Below are positions 49,515 to 61,400 of a stretch of 64,000 bases of DNA, in pieces (position 1 is the first letter of the stretch; each line of letters starts with the position of its first letter). The position numbers were made by a program, and so were the translations under genes. A model generated the notes under the pieces. That model was not told the origin of the DNA. It did not search any database and saw nothing but the letters and a program-made list of their open reading frames with translations. Origin of the DNA: Lama glama (taxonomy: Eukaryota); contig CM052816.1 in assembly GCA_028534125.1 (NCBI GenBank), forward strand, positions 15,688,001 to 15,752,000. Direction: 5' to 3'.

Positions 49515-49645
49515 ACAGAACAATAATAACCCTATGAATAGCTAACGTTTACTCTGTGCCAGGCTCTGTTCCAAGCAATTTCTAATTTTATTCTTACAGA
49601 AACCCTATGAGGTAGGCATTATTACTCTCCCAATTTTACAGATGA
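49515..49645 (-). mobile_element. MIR 3' portion
   Basis: aatagctaacgtttactctgtgccaggc...aaccctatgaggtaggcattattactctcccaattttacagatgag. Confidence 0.8.
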
Positions 49646-51139
49646 GTGGAATGTCAAAGGAGAATACTAATGAGTTGGTAGAGATGAAAAGGCATTTTGT
49701 GCTTAAAAAACTGCATGAGTAAAGATACAGAAGGACTTGGCAGGATACGTGCAGGGACCTTTTTGGAGAGTAGCCGGAGTGGAGGGCTTGGTTTAGGAGC
49801 CATGGGAGCGAGAATTCATGAGGTCCAGGAGCTTTAAATCACAGAGACTCTTCACAACTGGGCTCCGAAGTTTGTCTTGATTTCGGCATTGGGAAGCCAC
49901 TGCCGCTTTCTCAGCAGGAGATTGTTGGGGTCGGGTTTGGCCATGAGGTTGATGAATGAATTAGGAGGAAGAAAACAGGCAAGACGACCAGAAGGAGGGT
50001 GTCAGCACAACTCCCCTCCCTCCCTGTTCCTCCAGCCATCTTCATTCTTCCCTCTCATCACTACCCACAACAGTGCTGACATGGTGGCCTGGGGACGCCA
50101 GGGCTGGACAGCAGCTGCAGGTCTCCTGGGGCCCCAGCCTGCTCCTCTCTGGCTTGGCTGAGGCTGACGCTCAGGGCTGTGACCGTGACCTGGGCTGGAC
50201 TGGATTTCTCCTCCACGGTCACTTTTGCTAATGAGAAGCAGTTGTGCCTCCCTCGAACACGTAGGAGGTAGAGGGAGAGAACTCCAGGCCGGCCCCTTGC
50301 TGCTTCTGCGTGACTCCCACCCTCCCTGGGTCTCCTTCCTCATCAGCTTCCACCCGCCACTTTCCCCTCTCCTGCCGAACAGCCTACCTGCCCTCAACTC
50401 TGCCCATGCTTTCCAGCTCTCTTTGGGTTTCCAGGGCAGGAAAGCTGCCTGGGTTGGGGGTGGGTTCCTCGAGTGCCTGCAAGCCCATTGTTGGGGGTCC
50501 CTCTAACAGCTTCCTCCTGCTCTATACACGTTTCTCCCTTTCTCCCTGTTGTCCGATAGATGGCAGGGGCCACAGGGGTGCAGAGGTCCTTCTGGTTCTC
50601 AAGTGATTTTTCTCTTTCGTTTTTCCTTTCTCTGTTTCCCTCTCTACCTCAGCTTCTCAGGCAGGGGCCTAAGGCCCTCCTTAGCCAAACTGGACAGGTC
50701 CTGCCCTCTGCTCATCATCTAGCCAAATCCCTCTTATCTTTTGAGACCCGGTATCCTCCAGGAAACCTGCTGTGACCACCCCACCTTGTCATTGTTCCAG
50801 AAGCAGCTGGCTGGGCCTTGGCCCAGTGCCCCCAGGTAGTAAGGCAGCCCAGCCCTGATATCCTGGCTTTGCGGCTTTGCGGCTTGTCTGGCTAGTTCTC
50901 TCAGGACAGGGGGCTGGGGGCGGAGTGCACACGGGAGTGGGGACAGTGGAGAGGGGAGGAGTAGACATTCATTCTAGTGCTTTCCCTGCTGGAAGCATCC
51001 AGAATACCTAGTTTCAGGAAGGCCAGGGAAAGAGGCCCAGAGTTGTTCTCTGGCTCACTTCTTCTAGTGCTTTCCAGACTCAGGCGCCCCCTTCCCCCAG
51101 ATCCATTAACCCTTGCACCTCAGTCACAAAGGCTCTTTT

Positions 51140-51760
51140 TGGCCCCGTGCACGGCTCGGAGCTTTCAGTAGCTCCCTCCGCAGAGCGGGAGATACACATC
51201 CCGGCCCAGCCCTCCCTGCGCTCCTCACAAGCGCATGCGCTGCGAGGGCCCCGGGGCAGGCGCTTGTCCAGACTCTCTCCCCACTCGCCCCCTCCCCCAG
51301 AAAGTGTGTCAGAGGCCGCTGGTGACTCTCGGGGGCCTTGCTCTTTCTTCTTCTCTCTTTATTGGGGCTTATTTTTTTTATGGCGATACTGTTGATGGTG
51401 CACATATTCCAGAGTAATATGTTCAGGATTAGGCCGCACAATGAGGTTATGACTCCCTCCTGTGCAGCCCCCACCCAGGGGAGCTTACCCTGCATCTGGC
51501 TAGCCTGCATCTGGCTCAGGCTCACAGCTGGCCAGATGTTGCATCCCTGGGAAACCCAGGCCTGCAGCCTCGGCTGCTAGAGGCTGGAGCCGCACGCGTG
51601 CACACACACGCACGCACACCCCCGCCCCCCCGTTTGGAGCACTGAAGCACTGAGGTCATCTGGCTCTCCAGGGGGAGCTCGGCCTTGGTGCGATGATTCC
51701 TCCTGCCGCGTGGTAGGGCAGGCAGGCTGTTGGGACACATCTGCGGAGGTATGTAAATAT
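51140..51760. promoter_or_regulatory. CpG-enriched candidate promoter/enhancer island
   Basis: NRF1-type palindrome AGCGCATGCGCT (51230-51241), GC box CCCCGCCCCC (about 51619), six CATCTG/CAGATG/CAGCTG E-boxes, and a 29-nt alternating purine-pyrimidine tract. Confidence 0.4.
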
Positions 51761-52149
51761 CAGGTTCCCTGCTTCCAGCCCAGACAGGCTGGTGGGAAGG
51801 ACCCACTTGAAATCCGGCTCTGAATCTAGAGCCTGCCTCCACCCCACCCAGGGGCCAGCTGCTCTTAGCAAGTTTCTTGTGCTCTTATTTTGAGGTACTC
51901 TGGGCCTTAAGCTCTCCTGTCTCATACTGAGACTCCCCTTCCGTGCCCTTCAGCTGCCCACCCACCTCCTTCCCACCTTGTCTCATCTTGCTCTTTCCCG
52001 CATTTTGTAGTCCACAGCTTGTGCGGTTTCAAGGACAAAAAGTGCAGAGGCTGAGCTCTGGACCCTCAAATAATGGAGAGGTGACCTGCCAAATTTGTTT
52101 GCCCATTGGTGTTGGCAGAGGCTGGGCAGGGGGATCGGGGAGGGAAAGG

Positions 52150-52390
52150 AAACTGGCATTTATTGGGTGCCAACTATGTGTCAGGCACGGAGCTAGGTGC
52201 TTTAAATATATTATCTTGGTTAATCCTTGCAACCACCCGGCAAGGTAGCTATTATTATCTTTGTTTTACACAAGGAAAGCGTGGCTTAGAAAGGTTAAAC
52301 TGCTTGCCCAAGGTCACATGGCTGGGAAGAGGCAGAGCCAGAATTCTAAAACCCAGTCTGTTTGACCATAAATCTTATGCCCTTGTGCCA
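52150..52390 (-). mobile_element. MIR (near full length)
   Basis: catttattgggtgccaactatgtgtcaggcac...ggttaaactgcttgcccaaggtcacatggct...ggcagagccagaattc. Confidence 0.85.
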
Positions 52391-53134
52391 TGCTGCCTCC
52401 CTGGCAACTGAGCTGGTGAAGGCCTCTGCCCATCCGCGGGTCCTCCTTCCCGGCCAGTGTATCCTCTGGATCTTTTAGAGCTGAGACCCTGAGGCTGTGA
52501 GCTTTGTTTGGCCTTCCTGTCAAGCCAGGCAGGACTTCTGGGGGTAAGCCGAGGGGAGGGGGTAAGAAGAGGGGATGCTGGGCTGAGGTTGCTCTGCTGT
52601 AACCAGTAGATGTTCTGCATGGTTGGTCAAGGGCCCAGGGACCCAGGTCTCAGAAACACAATTGGGAGTTGAGAAAACTGGGTGGTGTCAGATGTAAGGC
52701 AGGCAGATGGGCCGAGGGGGCATCTGTGGGGAACCTGTGGGCTTTCCATGGCTACGGGGCAGAAGGAACCTCATTAGAGGCAAAGAAAGGAACCACAGAG
52801 CCCAGGCCGCCATTGTCACCTTATCATCCATCAGCCCTCCAGAGGGCTCCCAGCAGATCGGACATTCCACTGGCACTCCCGTGACCCCTCTTCCTGACCA
52901 CTGAATGTGCATCCTAGAGGGGCAGCAAGGGGTGGACAGGTGCCCTCCAGCCTGGCCAGACTGACCAGGTCATGGCAGCTCTACCTCTTGGCCGCCTTTG
53001 GCTTGGAGAGCAGGAATGATGGCCTCACCCCACCTCTCCTGATCGCAGTGCACAGCCACACACACATACACTCCTTCCCCACCCACAGACACACACGAAC
53101 AGTTTTGCAGCCCTGCCTCAAATAAAATTGCTGC

Positions 53135-53425
53135 TGTGGAGATGAAACTGAAGCGCGAAAAGGTAAGTGACTTGTCCAAGGTCACACAAACAGCAAACGT
53201 GTATGTTTATCCTTCTCAGTCTGCATCTAGAGCTCAGCCCACCATAGGGAGGCAGCACGGAGCAGTGCAGACAGCGCTGGTTGGAGGCGTCATCCAGATA
53301 GATTGAAACCCAGCTCTACCTCTTCTGTGTGCTCTGGCTGGACCTCTTAAGCCTCTGTTTCCTCTTCAGTGAATTTGCAAATTCATAGTGAGGATTAGAG
53401 ACAATGTAGCAGGTACTCAATCAGT
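53135..53425. mobile_element. Two MIR fragments in opposite orientation
   Basis: gaaactgaagcgcgaaaaggtaagtgacttgtccaaggtcacac (minus) and aagcctctgtttcctcttc...gtgaggattagag (plus). Confidence 0.65.
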
Positions 53426-54984
53426 GGGAGCTGCAGCTGGCAGCAGGGATCAGGGTACTCGCTGTGCTAGTCCTTGGGTCACAGCTAGAATGCTGGCTGG
53501 GATGGGGGCTGAGATAGGCTAGAATGGTGACAGGGATCATCAAAGTGATGGTAACAATGATTTGTGAAGTGGATCTCTGTTTGAGGGGACAAGAGTAGTT
53601 CATTCAGTTTAGATCTCTCAGGAAGTCCAGAGGTGAACTTCTTTCCTCCCACTGGAAAAAAGGGCTCCATATGTGGGAGCCTTGAGGTTAGATGTGACCG
53701 GACGTCAAGTGCAGTGAGATTGTGTGGACCCTGGTTCAGTTCTGCTGTGGAGAGCATTTCCCCAGGAAAGGAGGCAGCTGTGAGTCCAGGCATGCAGGAG
53801 GAGTGGTCAGCCTGGGGATGGCCAAGACCACCCCCTCACCAGGAAAGAGCAGGTCACAACACAGCCTGAGGACCAGCATCTTTTTAAAGAGGTGAGACTG
53901 GGAAAGTGCTCTCAGGTTTCAGTAAAAAGAGATTTTAGCTCTGTCAGCATCAGGAATTGTCTTCTTTGGAAGAAGCTAAATGTTCTACAGACAACACATT
54001 GCACTCCTGGGTGTCGGGGAAGTGTTAGAACCTCTAGTGCTGCATTCTGGTTCCCCAGGGATGGGCAGACCCTTCCAGCTCTCCACCTGGGGTGGGTCAG
54101 GAAGGTCTAGCCAGTCAGGAGCAGGCCAGTGTTGACCATGTGTGTCCCCGGCATTGGGAGTTTGTTCTCTGCTGTCCGTCTCATTCCAGCTGACCTTTTG
54201 GGGGATAAGTTAGGCGTGTTGAAACAGCGTAGCTCAAAGGCAGCTCTACCTTGGGGAGCCCAAGATTCTTTTTCTACTAATAATCCTTTGAAATAATCCT
54301 TTTAATCAAGTTTCCCCTGGGAAGAGTCTGGGACACCACTCTCCTAACACATTTTCACTCATCTCTTTGTCACAGATGGGCCAGTCCCAGCAGCAATTTG
54401 CTGTTTAGACAGAGGCAGGAGCCATGCAAAGAATATAGCAATTCTAGCTGCCCGCTGGGAGACCTCACCCCCTAACCAGCCCCCTGCCCTGGCTTTGCGG
54501 GTAACTGTTAACTTCCCTTTTCTTCGACTCCAAAAGCAAGGTGGGCAGGGCTCATGTAGAGGAAGCTGGTAAATATGAAGCCCTAGCTGTGTGGCCAGAT
54601 ACCCAGCAGAGTCTCATTTAGAAGCAACCACGCATGTGAAAACCTGAGAGATGTGACTTTTGAGGACTCGAGGAAAGCTCTCTGCACCAAACAGCAGCCT
54701 CACTGGGTCAGTCCTTAGCCTAAAATCTCCTTATGTAAAATGTCAACTCCCTAGTTAAAATAAAATAGAAGCAGAAAAGAAAGAAATTCCATACAAGTCT
54801 GCAAGACACAGGCTAACGTGTTTATAATGATGATCTTTAGGTGGTGGAAATTCTAGTGATTCTTTCATCTTATTTGTATTTATCTGTGAGTTATTTTTTG
54901 GAAAAAGAAAAAAATGTAATTCAAATTTCCCTTAAAGAAAGATCACATTAAGACATCAGTCATTTATGCTTCAGTAATAATTAG

Positions 54985-55790
54985 CTCTGGTCCTTTGCCC
55001 ATTTTTCAATCAGATTGTTTTTTGTTATTGGTAAGTTGTCCTTGCCGATTAAAAAATTTTTTTATTATTGAGTTGTAAGCATTCTTTATACACTTGGGGA
55101 GTATTGCCATCTTAACAATATTAAGTCTTCTGATTTATGAGCATAAGAATTATTTTCTTTCATTTAGATCTTTATTTCAATAATGTATTTTGTAATTTTG
55201 AGAGTTTAAAAGTTTTGCATTTCCTTTGTTAAATTTATTCCTACGTATTTTATTCTTTGTGATGCTATTATAAATGAAATTGTTTTCTTAATTTCATTTT
55301 TGGAAATTAATTTCATTTTGTTCATTGCAAGTGTAGAAATACAATATATTTGGGAGGAGGGTATAACTCAGTGGTAGAGTGCATGCCTAGTATGCATGAG
55401 GTCCTGGGCTGAATCCCCAGTACCTCCATTAATGAATAAATGAATAAATGAATGAATGAATAAATAAATAAATAAATAACCAACCAACCTAATTACCTTC
55501 CCCAATAAAAGTAAGTAAATAAAACTAGACTGCTTATTTAAAAAAAAGAAATACAGTATGTTTTTATAATCTAGATTATAGAATACAGAATATTAATTAT
55601 AATGATATATATTTTGTTATTCTTACAAATATGAGGTATATTTTTTGTATCCTGTAACCTTGCTGAACTCGTTTATTCGAATAGGTTTTTTATTTTAGTG
55701 GATTCCTTAGGATTTTCTATACACAAGATCATGTCATCTGTAAATAGAGGTAATTTTACTACCTTTCCCACCTGGATGCCTTTTACTTAA
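54985..55790 (-). mobile_element. L1M ORF2-region fragment hosting a SINE
   Basis: ttggggagtattgccatcttaacaatattaagtcttc...gattccttaggattttctatacacaagatcatgtcatctgtaaatagag. Confidence 0.85.
55352..55546 (+). mobile_element. tRNA-Ala-derived SINE, camelid Vic-1 type, with 17-bp TSD
   Basis: gggaggagggtataactcagtggtagagtgcatgcctagtatgcatgaggtcctgggctgaatccccagtacctcca (A box, degenerate B box), then an (aat/gaat)n stretch, aacctaattacc and an A tail. TSD agaaatacaatatattt / agaaatacagtatgttt. Confidence 0.9.
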
Positions 55791-55796
55791 TTTTGT

Positions 55797-58098
55797 TATC
55801 TATACATTTTTTTACAGTTGGAAAAATAAAGAACAATATTTGTGACATGTGAAAATTTTGTGAAATTCATATTTTAGTGTCCGTAAATAAAGGTTCTTTG
55901 GAACGTATAGCCTGCCCATTTGTTTACATATTGTCTATGGATGTTTTTACACTTCAAAAGCAGAGTTGAGTAGCTGCAATAAAGACCGTATATGATGCTG
56001 TCATCACTTTACTCCACCACCAATCAGAGTGAGGCACTTAGAACTTGACAGTATTCCAAGTGGCATGTGTTTAACTGTTCTGTGGCATTTTGGCTTTTTA
56101 TTACCAGTACACATTCATGTCAAAACAAGAAAAGTAGATTCTGAATATATTTTTGAGGCCACAGTGGATTGTGAATTTTTTGTTATCAAATTAGATGGCA
56201 AAGAATTGTTTCTTATGCAACAATATTATAGCCATGCTAAAAGTATATAGTACACATCAACATTACCAAACTAAAGTCACAATAGTCCCAATTCACAGGA
56301 AAACAATGGCTAGAAAAACTAGAAAACTTAAAATGGAATATCTCATTATAACAGAATTCTTCACAAAAATTAAAAATGAAAATCAGACTGCAACCAAAGT
56401 GAGTTTCCAAGTGGCTTGTTTGTTAGCAAAGCAAGGAAAGCTGTTTACAAATGGTGAGGTAATTAAATCATGTCTGATTGTAGCAACTGAAGAATGTGTC
56501 CAGAGAAAATAAACGTACTTAAGAATATTAGCCCTTCGGCAAAAACAGTTGTTCAAAGAGCTGAGGACATTAGGAGCAACGTAAATAGTAAGCTAAAGAC
56601 AAGGCAAATGATTTCAAGTGGTTTTCCTTGGCTCTTGGATGAGTTGACAGATGTTAATGATACTGGCCAGTTACTGTTTATTCAAGGAATGGATGCCAAG
56701 TTTGTAGTGACTGAAGAATTAGCCTCCAAGAATAGTCTGTATAGAGCAACTATAGGGGAGCATGGTTGAGAAAACACTTACTTAGAGCAACTTGAAGTGG
56801 GATCTGCTGAGATGCTTTATAACTAACGATGGCAAAATACGTGTAAGACGGAAAAAGCCTTAGCTGGCAAATTTACAAAATTTGTTAAAATGTAAAAGGT
56901 GTTTAAAACTTTCAGTTTTTCATTGTATAATTTATTGGCAGGTACTTCGAGGAAAAATATGTAATCCATCATGTGTTGTTCCACCAGTAGTGACAACAGT
57001 GAACTTTATATCTCTATATATGTAAATATAGATAAAGATGTAATATATACATTCTTGGGAACTTAACCATTGACAGTTCTGTGAATTTCTGTCGGAAATA
57101 AGAGCTGAATATATTAACTTCTCCTACATTACAGCATTTTGATGGTTTAATTGTATTAAAGTTTTATTGTGATTTTTGGAGCTCAGAGCTGAGACAGAAA
57201 TTTTTCTGAACAGCAACAAAAAAAACTGCCCTCAACTACCCAAACCCTGAATGGCTTTGGAATTTAACTTTTGCTGCAAACTTGATATTTATTGATGAAT
57301 TAAACCTTAAATTACAAGGCAAAATAATGCTTATTTATGAAATTTATATTGCAGTAAGATAATCTTAACTACAACTAATGTTGTTTGAATCACAAGTAAT
57401 GTCAAGCTGCTTTATATCCTTTCCGTGCTGTCAGAAGTTGAAATAAGCAGGATCTCCATTCTCACAGACATTCACAGTGAAGTATTTTCTGAGCTCAAAC
57501 TATAGTTCCATCTGTATTTTTTCCAACACTGATGCAAGTGCAAAGGTAATTTCCACATTTCAAAATTAATTTAACTGTGCAACTGAGGAGCTTCCACCTA
57601 ACTTCCAATTGGAAGTGATTAATCTGCAATGTAATGACGGGCTAAACGGCAAATATCAAGAGGAGAATCTGATAGAATTCTATAAATACCTTCCAAGTGA
57701 TGAATATACTCAATTAAAATCGTATGCTCATGGACTGATAATCAATATCTGTTAATGCTTATGTGTGTGAAAAGACATTTTCAAAGATGAAATACATAAA
57801 ATCTCATTCGAGATCTGCATTAATAGGTGAACATTTGCAATCAATTTTCATGATAGGGAACAATAACTCCACATCCCAATTAAGTGAAATGTTATCCCTC
57901 CCTCCCCCAATTTCATTATTCTCATAATGGGCCTGTATTACAAAATGCTGTACTCAGTTATTATATTTTTAATTTCATCAATAAAATTTTTTCTCTTCTT
58001 TTATGACTATCTACAGTATATCCTTGATTTTGCCTCTTGGCTCACAGAGTCTAAAATATTTACTATCTGGCCCTTTATTGAAAGATTCCTGATCGCTA
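55797..58098 (+). mobile_element. Near full-length fossil hAT-Charlie DNA transposon (Cheshire, parent of MER58)
   Basis: MER58-type left arm (gtccgtaaataaagg...tttgtttacatattgtctatgg...gcagagttgagtagctgc) and right end (aaaatatttactatctggcccttta), with decayed transposase frames in between. Confidence 0.85.
56115..57895 (+). pseudogene. Frameshifted hAT transposase (GTF2IRD2/EPM2AIP1-related Charlie clade)
   Basis: Peptide remnants KTRKVDSE; FFTKIKNENQTATKVSFQVACLLAKQGKLFTNGEVIKSCL; MCPEKIN...LDELTDVNDTGQLLFIQG...VTEELAS; EELPPNFQLEVINLQCND...LIEFYKYLPSDEY; YVCEKTFSKMKYIKSHSRSALIGEHLQSI. Many frameshifts and stops. Confidence 0.85.
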
Positions 58099-58099
58099 G

Positions 58100-58420
58100 C
58101 TTATGTGATGAAAACCTAGCCCCCACCTATTTTCCCAACCTCTTCTTTGTCCTTTAACGTTCCAGCTCTGCAGAGCTACCTTGTGACTACCTAATGTCAC
58201 ATTTTCTTTCTTTTTGTGGGATCATTGCACGCGCTTTTCCCTCTGCCTGGAATGCTCTTCCTCGTCTTCCCCACTTCCACTGGCTGACTCCTTATTGTCC
58301 TTCAGGTCTTAGCTTAGGCATAACTTTTTCAAGGAAGTATTTACTGACACCCTCACCAACATGAGATAGATATCCCTTCTGTGAAATTCCATAGCATCCT
58401 GTTCCTCTCCTATATCAGTT
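58100..58420 (+). mobile_element. L2 fragment
   Basis: ttgcacgcgcttttccctctgcctggaatgctcttcc...ggctgactccttattgtccttcaggtcttagctt. Confidence 0.7.
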
Positions 58421-58424
58421 ATCT

Positions 58425-61400
58425 TTTTTAAAATGTACGTGGCAGAAACTCCAAGAATACATGATGGACAATAAAGTCTCCTGTCTATTTCGGACTCTAG
58501 ACACTGAATTCTTCCTAGAGGCTACCACTATTATTTTCTTGGGTATCTTCTAGAGAGATTTTTCTGCCTGTATGAGACATAGATGTTTTCTCCTCCCCCC
58601 ACCCCCTAAATGGTAGCGTACTATACACATAGCTCCGCACCTAGTGTTTTTTCCCACTTATTTTGGAGTGGAAACTTTGGAATTTATTCCATGTGTGTCA
58701 GAGTTGTCTCATCCTTTTTTTAAACTTGAGATAGTGAACTTTATTATATGTAAATTCTAATTTTAATTTTGACAAATGTATACAATCATGTAAAACACTT
58801 AACACTTTGCACATATTGTGTCACTCCCTTCTGGACATAAGAGTTCTTTACATATTCTAGACATAATTCCTTTATTAGATATGTTTTACATATTTTTTAC
58901 AATCTGTGGCTTGCCTTTTCAATTTAATAACACTGTCATTTAAAGAGAAGTTTAAAGTTTTGAAGTCCAATATATTTTTTCTTTCATATTTTTTATTTGA
59001 GTCCTGTTTAAAAAATCTTTGCCAAATCCAAGGTCACTAAGAATTTCTCCTATGTTCACTTAGAAGTTTCAGCTCTTACATTTAGGTCTATGGCTCATTT
59101 TGAGTTAATTCTTTAATATGGTGTGGGTCAAGGTTCATTTTTTATATATGGCTTTCCAATTGTTTCAGAACCATTTGTTGAAAAGATAGCCACTTCCTCC
59201 TAAGAATTCCTTTGAATTGCCTTAAGACCTTTTAAAACATCAATTTATCGTATGCGTAGATTTATTTCTGGATAGTCTATTGTGTTCTATTGATCGGTAT
59301 GTCTTTTCTCGTGCCACTGTCACATTACCTTGATTATTATAGCTTTATAATAAGGTTTTGAGAAATAAGTCTGTAAGATATAAAGTGGTGAAAGGTTTCC
59401 AACTTTTTCCTTCTTTTTCAAATTGCTTTGGCTATTTTAGATCAGTTGCATTTCCACATTTTAGAATCAGCTTGTCAATTTCTACCAAAAAGTCTGCTGG
59501 GATTTTGATTTCAATTTCATTGAATTGATAGATCAATTCACAGAGAATTTATATCAGAGTCTTCTGATCCCTGAACACCATATATCACAATTTACTTAGA
59601 TCTTAATTTTTCTCAGCAATGTTTCTGTGTGTAGTTTTATACATCTTTTGTCAAAAATTTCCCTAAGTTTTTCGTATTTCTTATTCTATTGCACTTGGTG
59701 ACGTTCAAATTTCAGCTGTGTTATAGAATATTTCGATTACTCTAAAAAAGATCCCTTGTGTCTTGAGTAATCACTGCCAGAATATAAAAATACCTTTGAT
59801 TTTTGTTTAGTGATGATGTATCCTACAACTTTGCTAAACTCACTTATTCTGGTAGCTTTTTTGTAGATTCCTTAGGATTTTCTACATAGACAACCCTGTT
59901 ATCTGTATATAAAGACAGTTTTACTTTTCTTTTCTAATCTGTATACGTTTTTTTCCTCTTGCTTTTTGCACTAGTTAGAACCCCCAGTACAGTATTGAAT
60001 ACAAGTGATATCCTTGCCTTACTGCTTATCTTGTTCCCAACCTTAAGGAAAAAGGATTTACTCTTTCACCACTAAAGCCGATGTTAGCTTTAGTTTTTTT
60101 GTAGATGCCCTTTATCAGATCGAGGAAGTTCCTTTTTGTTCCTGGAAGTTTTTGTCATGAACATGAATACATGTTGTATTTCATGAAACGCTATTTCTTC
60201 TCTATTGAGATGACTTTTTTTTTTAGTTTGTTAATAGTGTGAGTTACATTAATGTTCTAATGTTAAAACAATCTTACAATCTTCAAATAAACTCCACTTG
60301 ATCCTTCAAAGTATTGTTTGATTTGATTTTCTTTTTTTATAATATAATTTTATTTTATTTTTTAACATTTTTTATTGATTTATAATCATTTTACAATGTT
60401 GTGTCAAATTCCAGTGTTCAGCACAATTTTTTCAGTGATTTGATTTTCTAATTAATAAATTGTGTTTATGGTTATGAGGGCTATTGGTCTTTTCCTTAAC
60501 GTGTTTGTTTGATTGGTATCAGGACAGTACCAGCCTCATGGAATGAGCTGGGAAGTGTTGTTCTCTTGGCTTCTCTTTTTTGCAAAAGTTTGTGTAGAAT
60601 TGGTATTATTTCTTCCTTAAATATTTGTTAGAATTTACCATGAAGTCATATGGACCTGGAGTTTTGTCTGTGATAAGGGTTCTAACCACAAATTCTATTG
60701 CTTTAATAGGCATAGGGCTATTTAGGTTATACACTTCTTGAGTGAGCTTTGGTAGATTCTTCCTTTCGAGGAATTTTTTCATTTCATCTAAGTTGTTAGC
60801 ACACTGTCACACACGATATTCCCCATGTTCCTTTTAGAGGCTGCATTTGTCTGTATTGATGCTCCCTCTCTCACTGCTGATATTGTTAATTTGTGTCTTC
60901 TTTTTTCCCTGATTGGTCAGACCAGAGGTTTATCAATTTTACTGATCTTTTCAGAGAATCAGCTTCTCTATTATTCATTCACCTTCTCTACTATGTGTTC
61001 TCTATTTCATTGATTGCTGTGCTTATCTTTATTATTTCTTTTTTCCTGTTTACTTCTTTTTCCAGTTTCTTAAGGTGGGAGCTTGGCTCGCTGTTTGAGA
61101 TCTTTTTTTGTGTGTCAAATAAGGGTTTAATTCCATACATTTCCCTTTAAGTACTGCTTAAGCTGCATCCCACAAATTTTGGTATGTCATATTTTCACTT
61201 TCATTTGATTACAAATATTTTCAAATTTCCTTGCAATTTCTTCTTTGACCTATGGGTTGTTTAGAAATGCATTGTTTAATTTATAAGTAGATGGATATTT
61301 TCCATATATCTCTATTATTGATTTCTAATTTAATTCTTTTATGATTAGAGAACATACTTGGTGTAATTTGAATCTTTTGAACGTCATTTAGATATTTATT

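Noticed and set aside
53161..53169. Perfect splice donor AAG|GTAAGT
   Set aside because: Lies within the MIR core, where this sequence arises naturally, and has no convincing upstream acceptor.
55352..55427. tRNA-Ala gene
   Set aside because: Anticodon arm and B box are mutated, and it has a SINE tail, poly(A) and TSD.
56029..56769. GTF2IRD2/EPM2AIP1-like peptides as a functional host gene
   Set aside because: Homology is spread over several frames with stops and lies between MER58-type transposon arms, so it is a fossil transposase.
60825..61150. Hydrophobic membrane-protein-like ORFs
   Set aside because: Antisense reading of A-rich L1 ORF2 gives F/L/I/S-rich artefacts; the same applies at 32629-33475 and 8637-9107 (L2).
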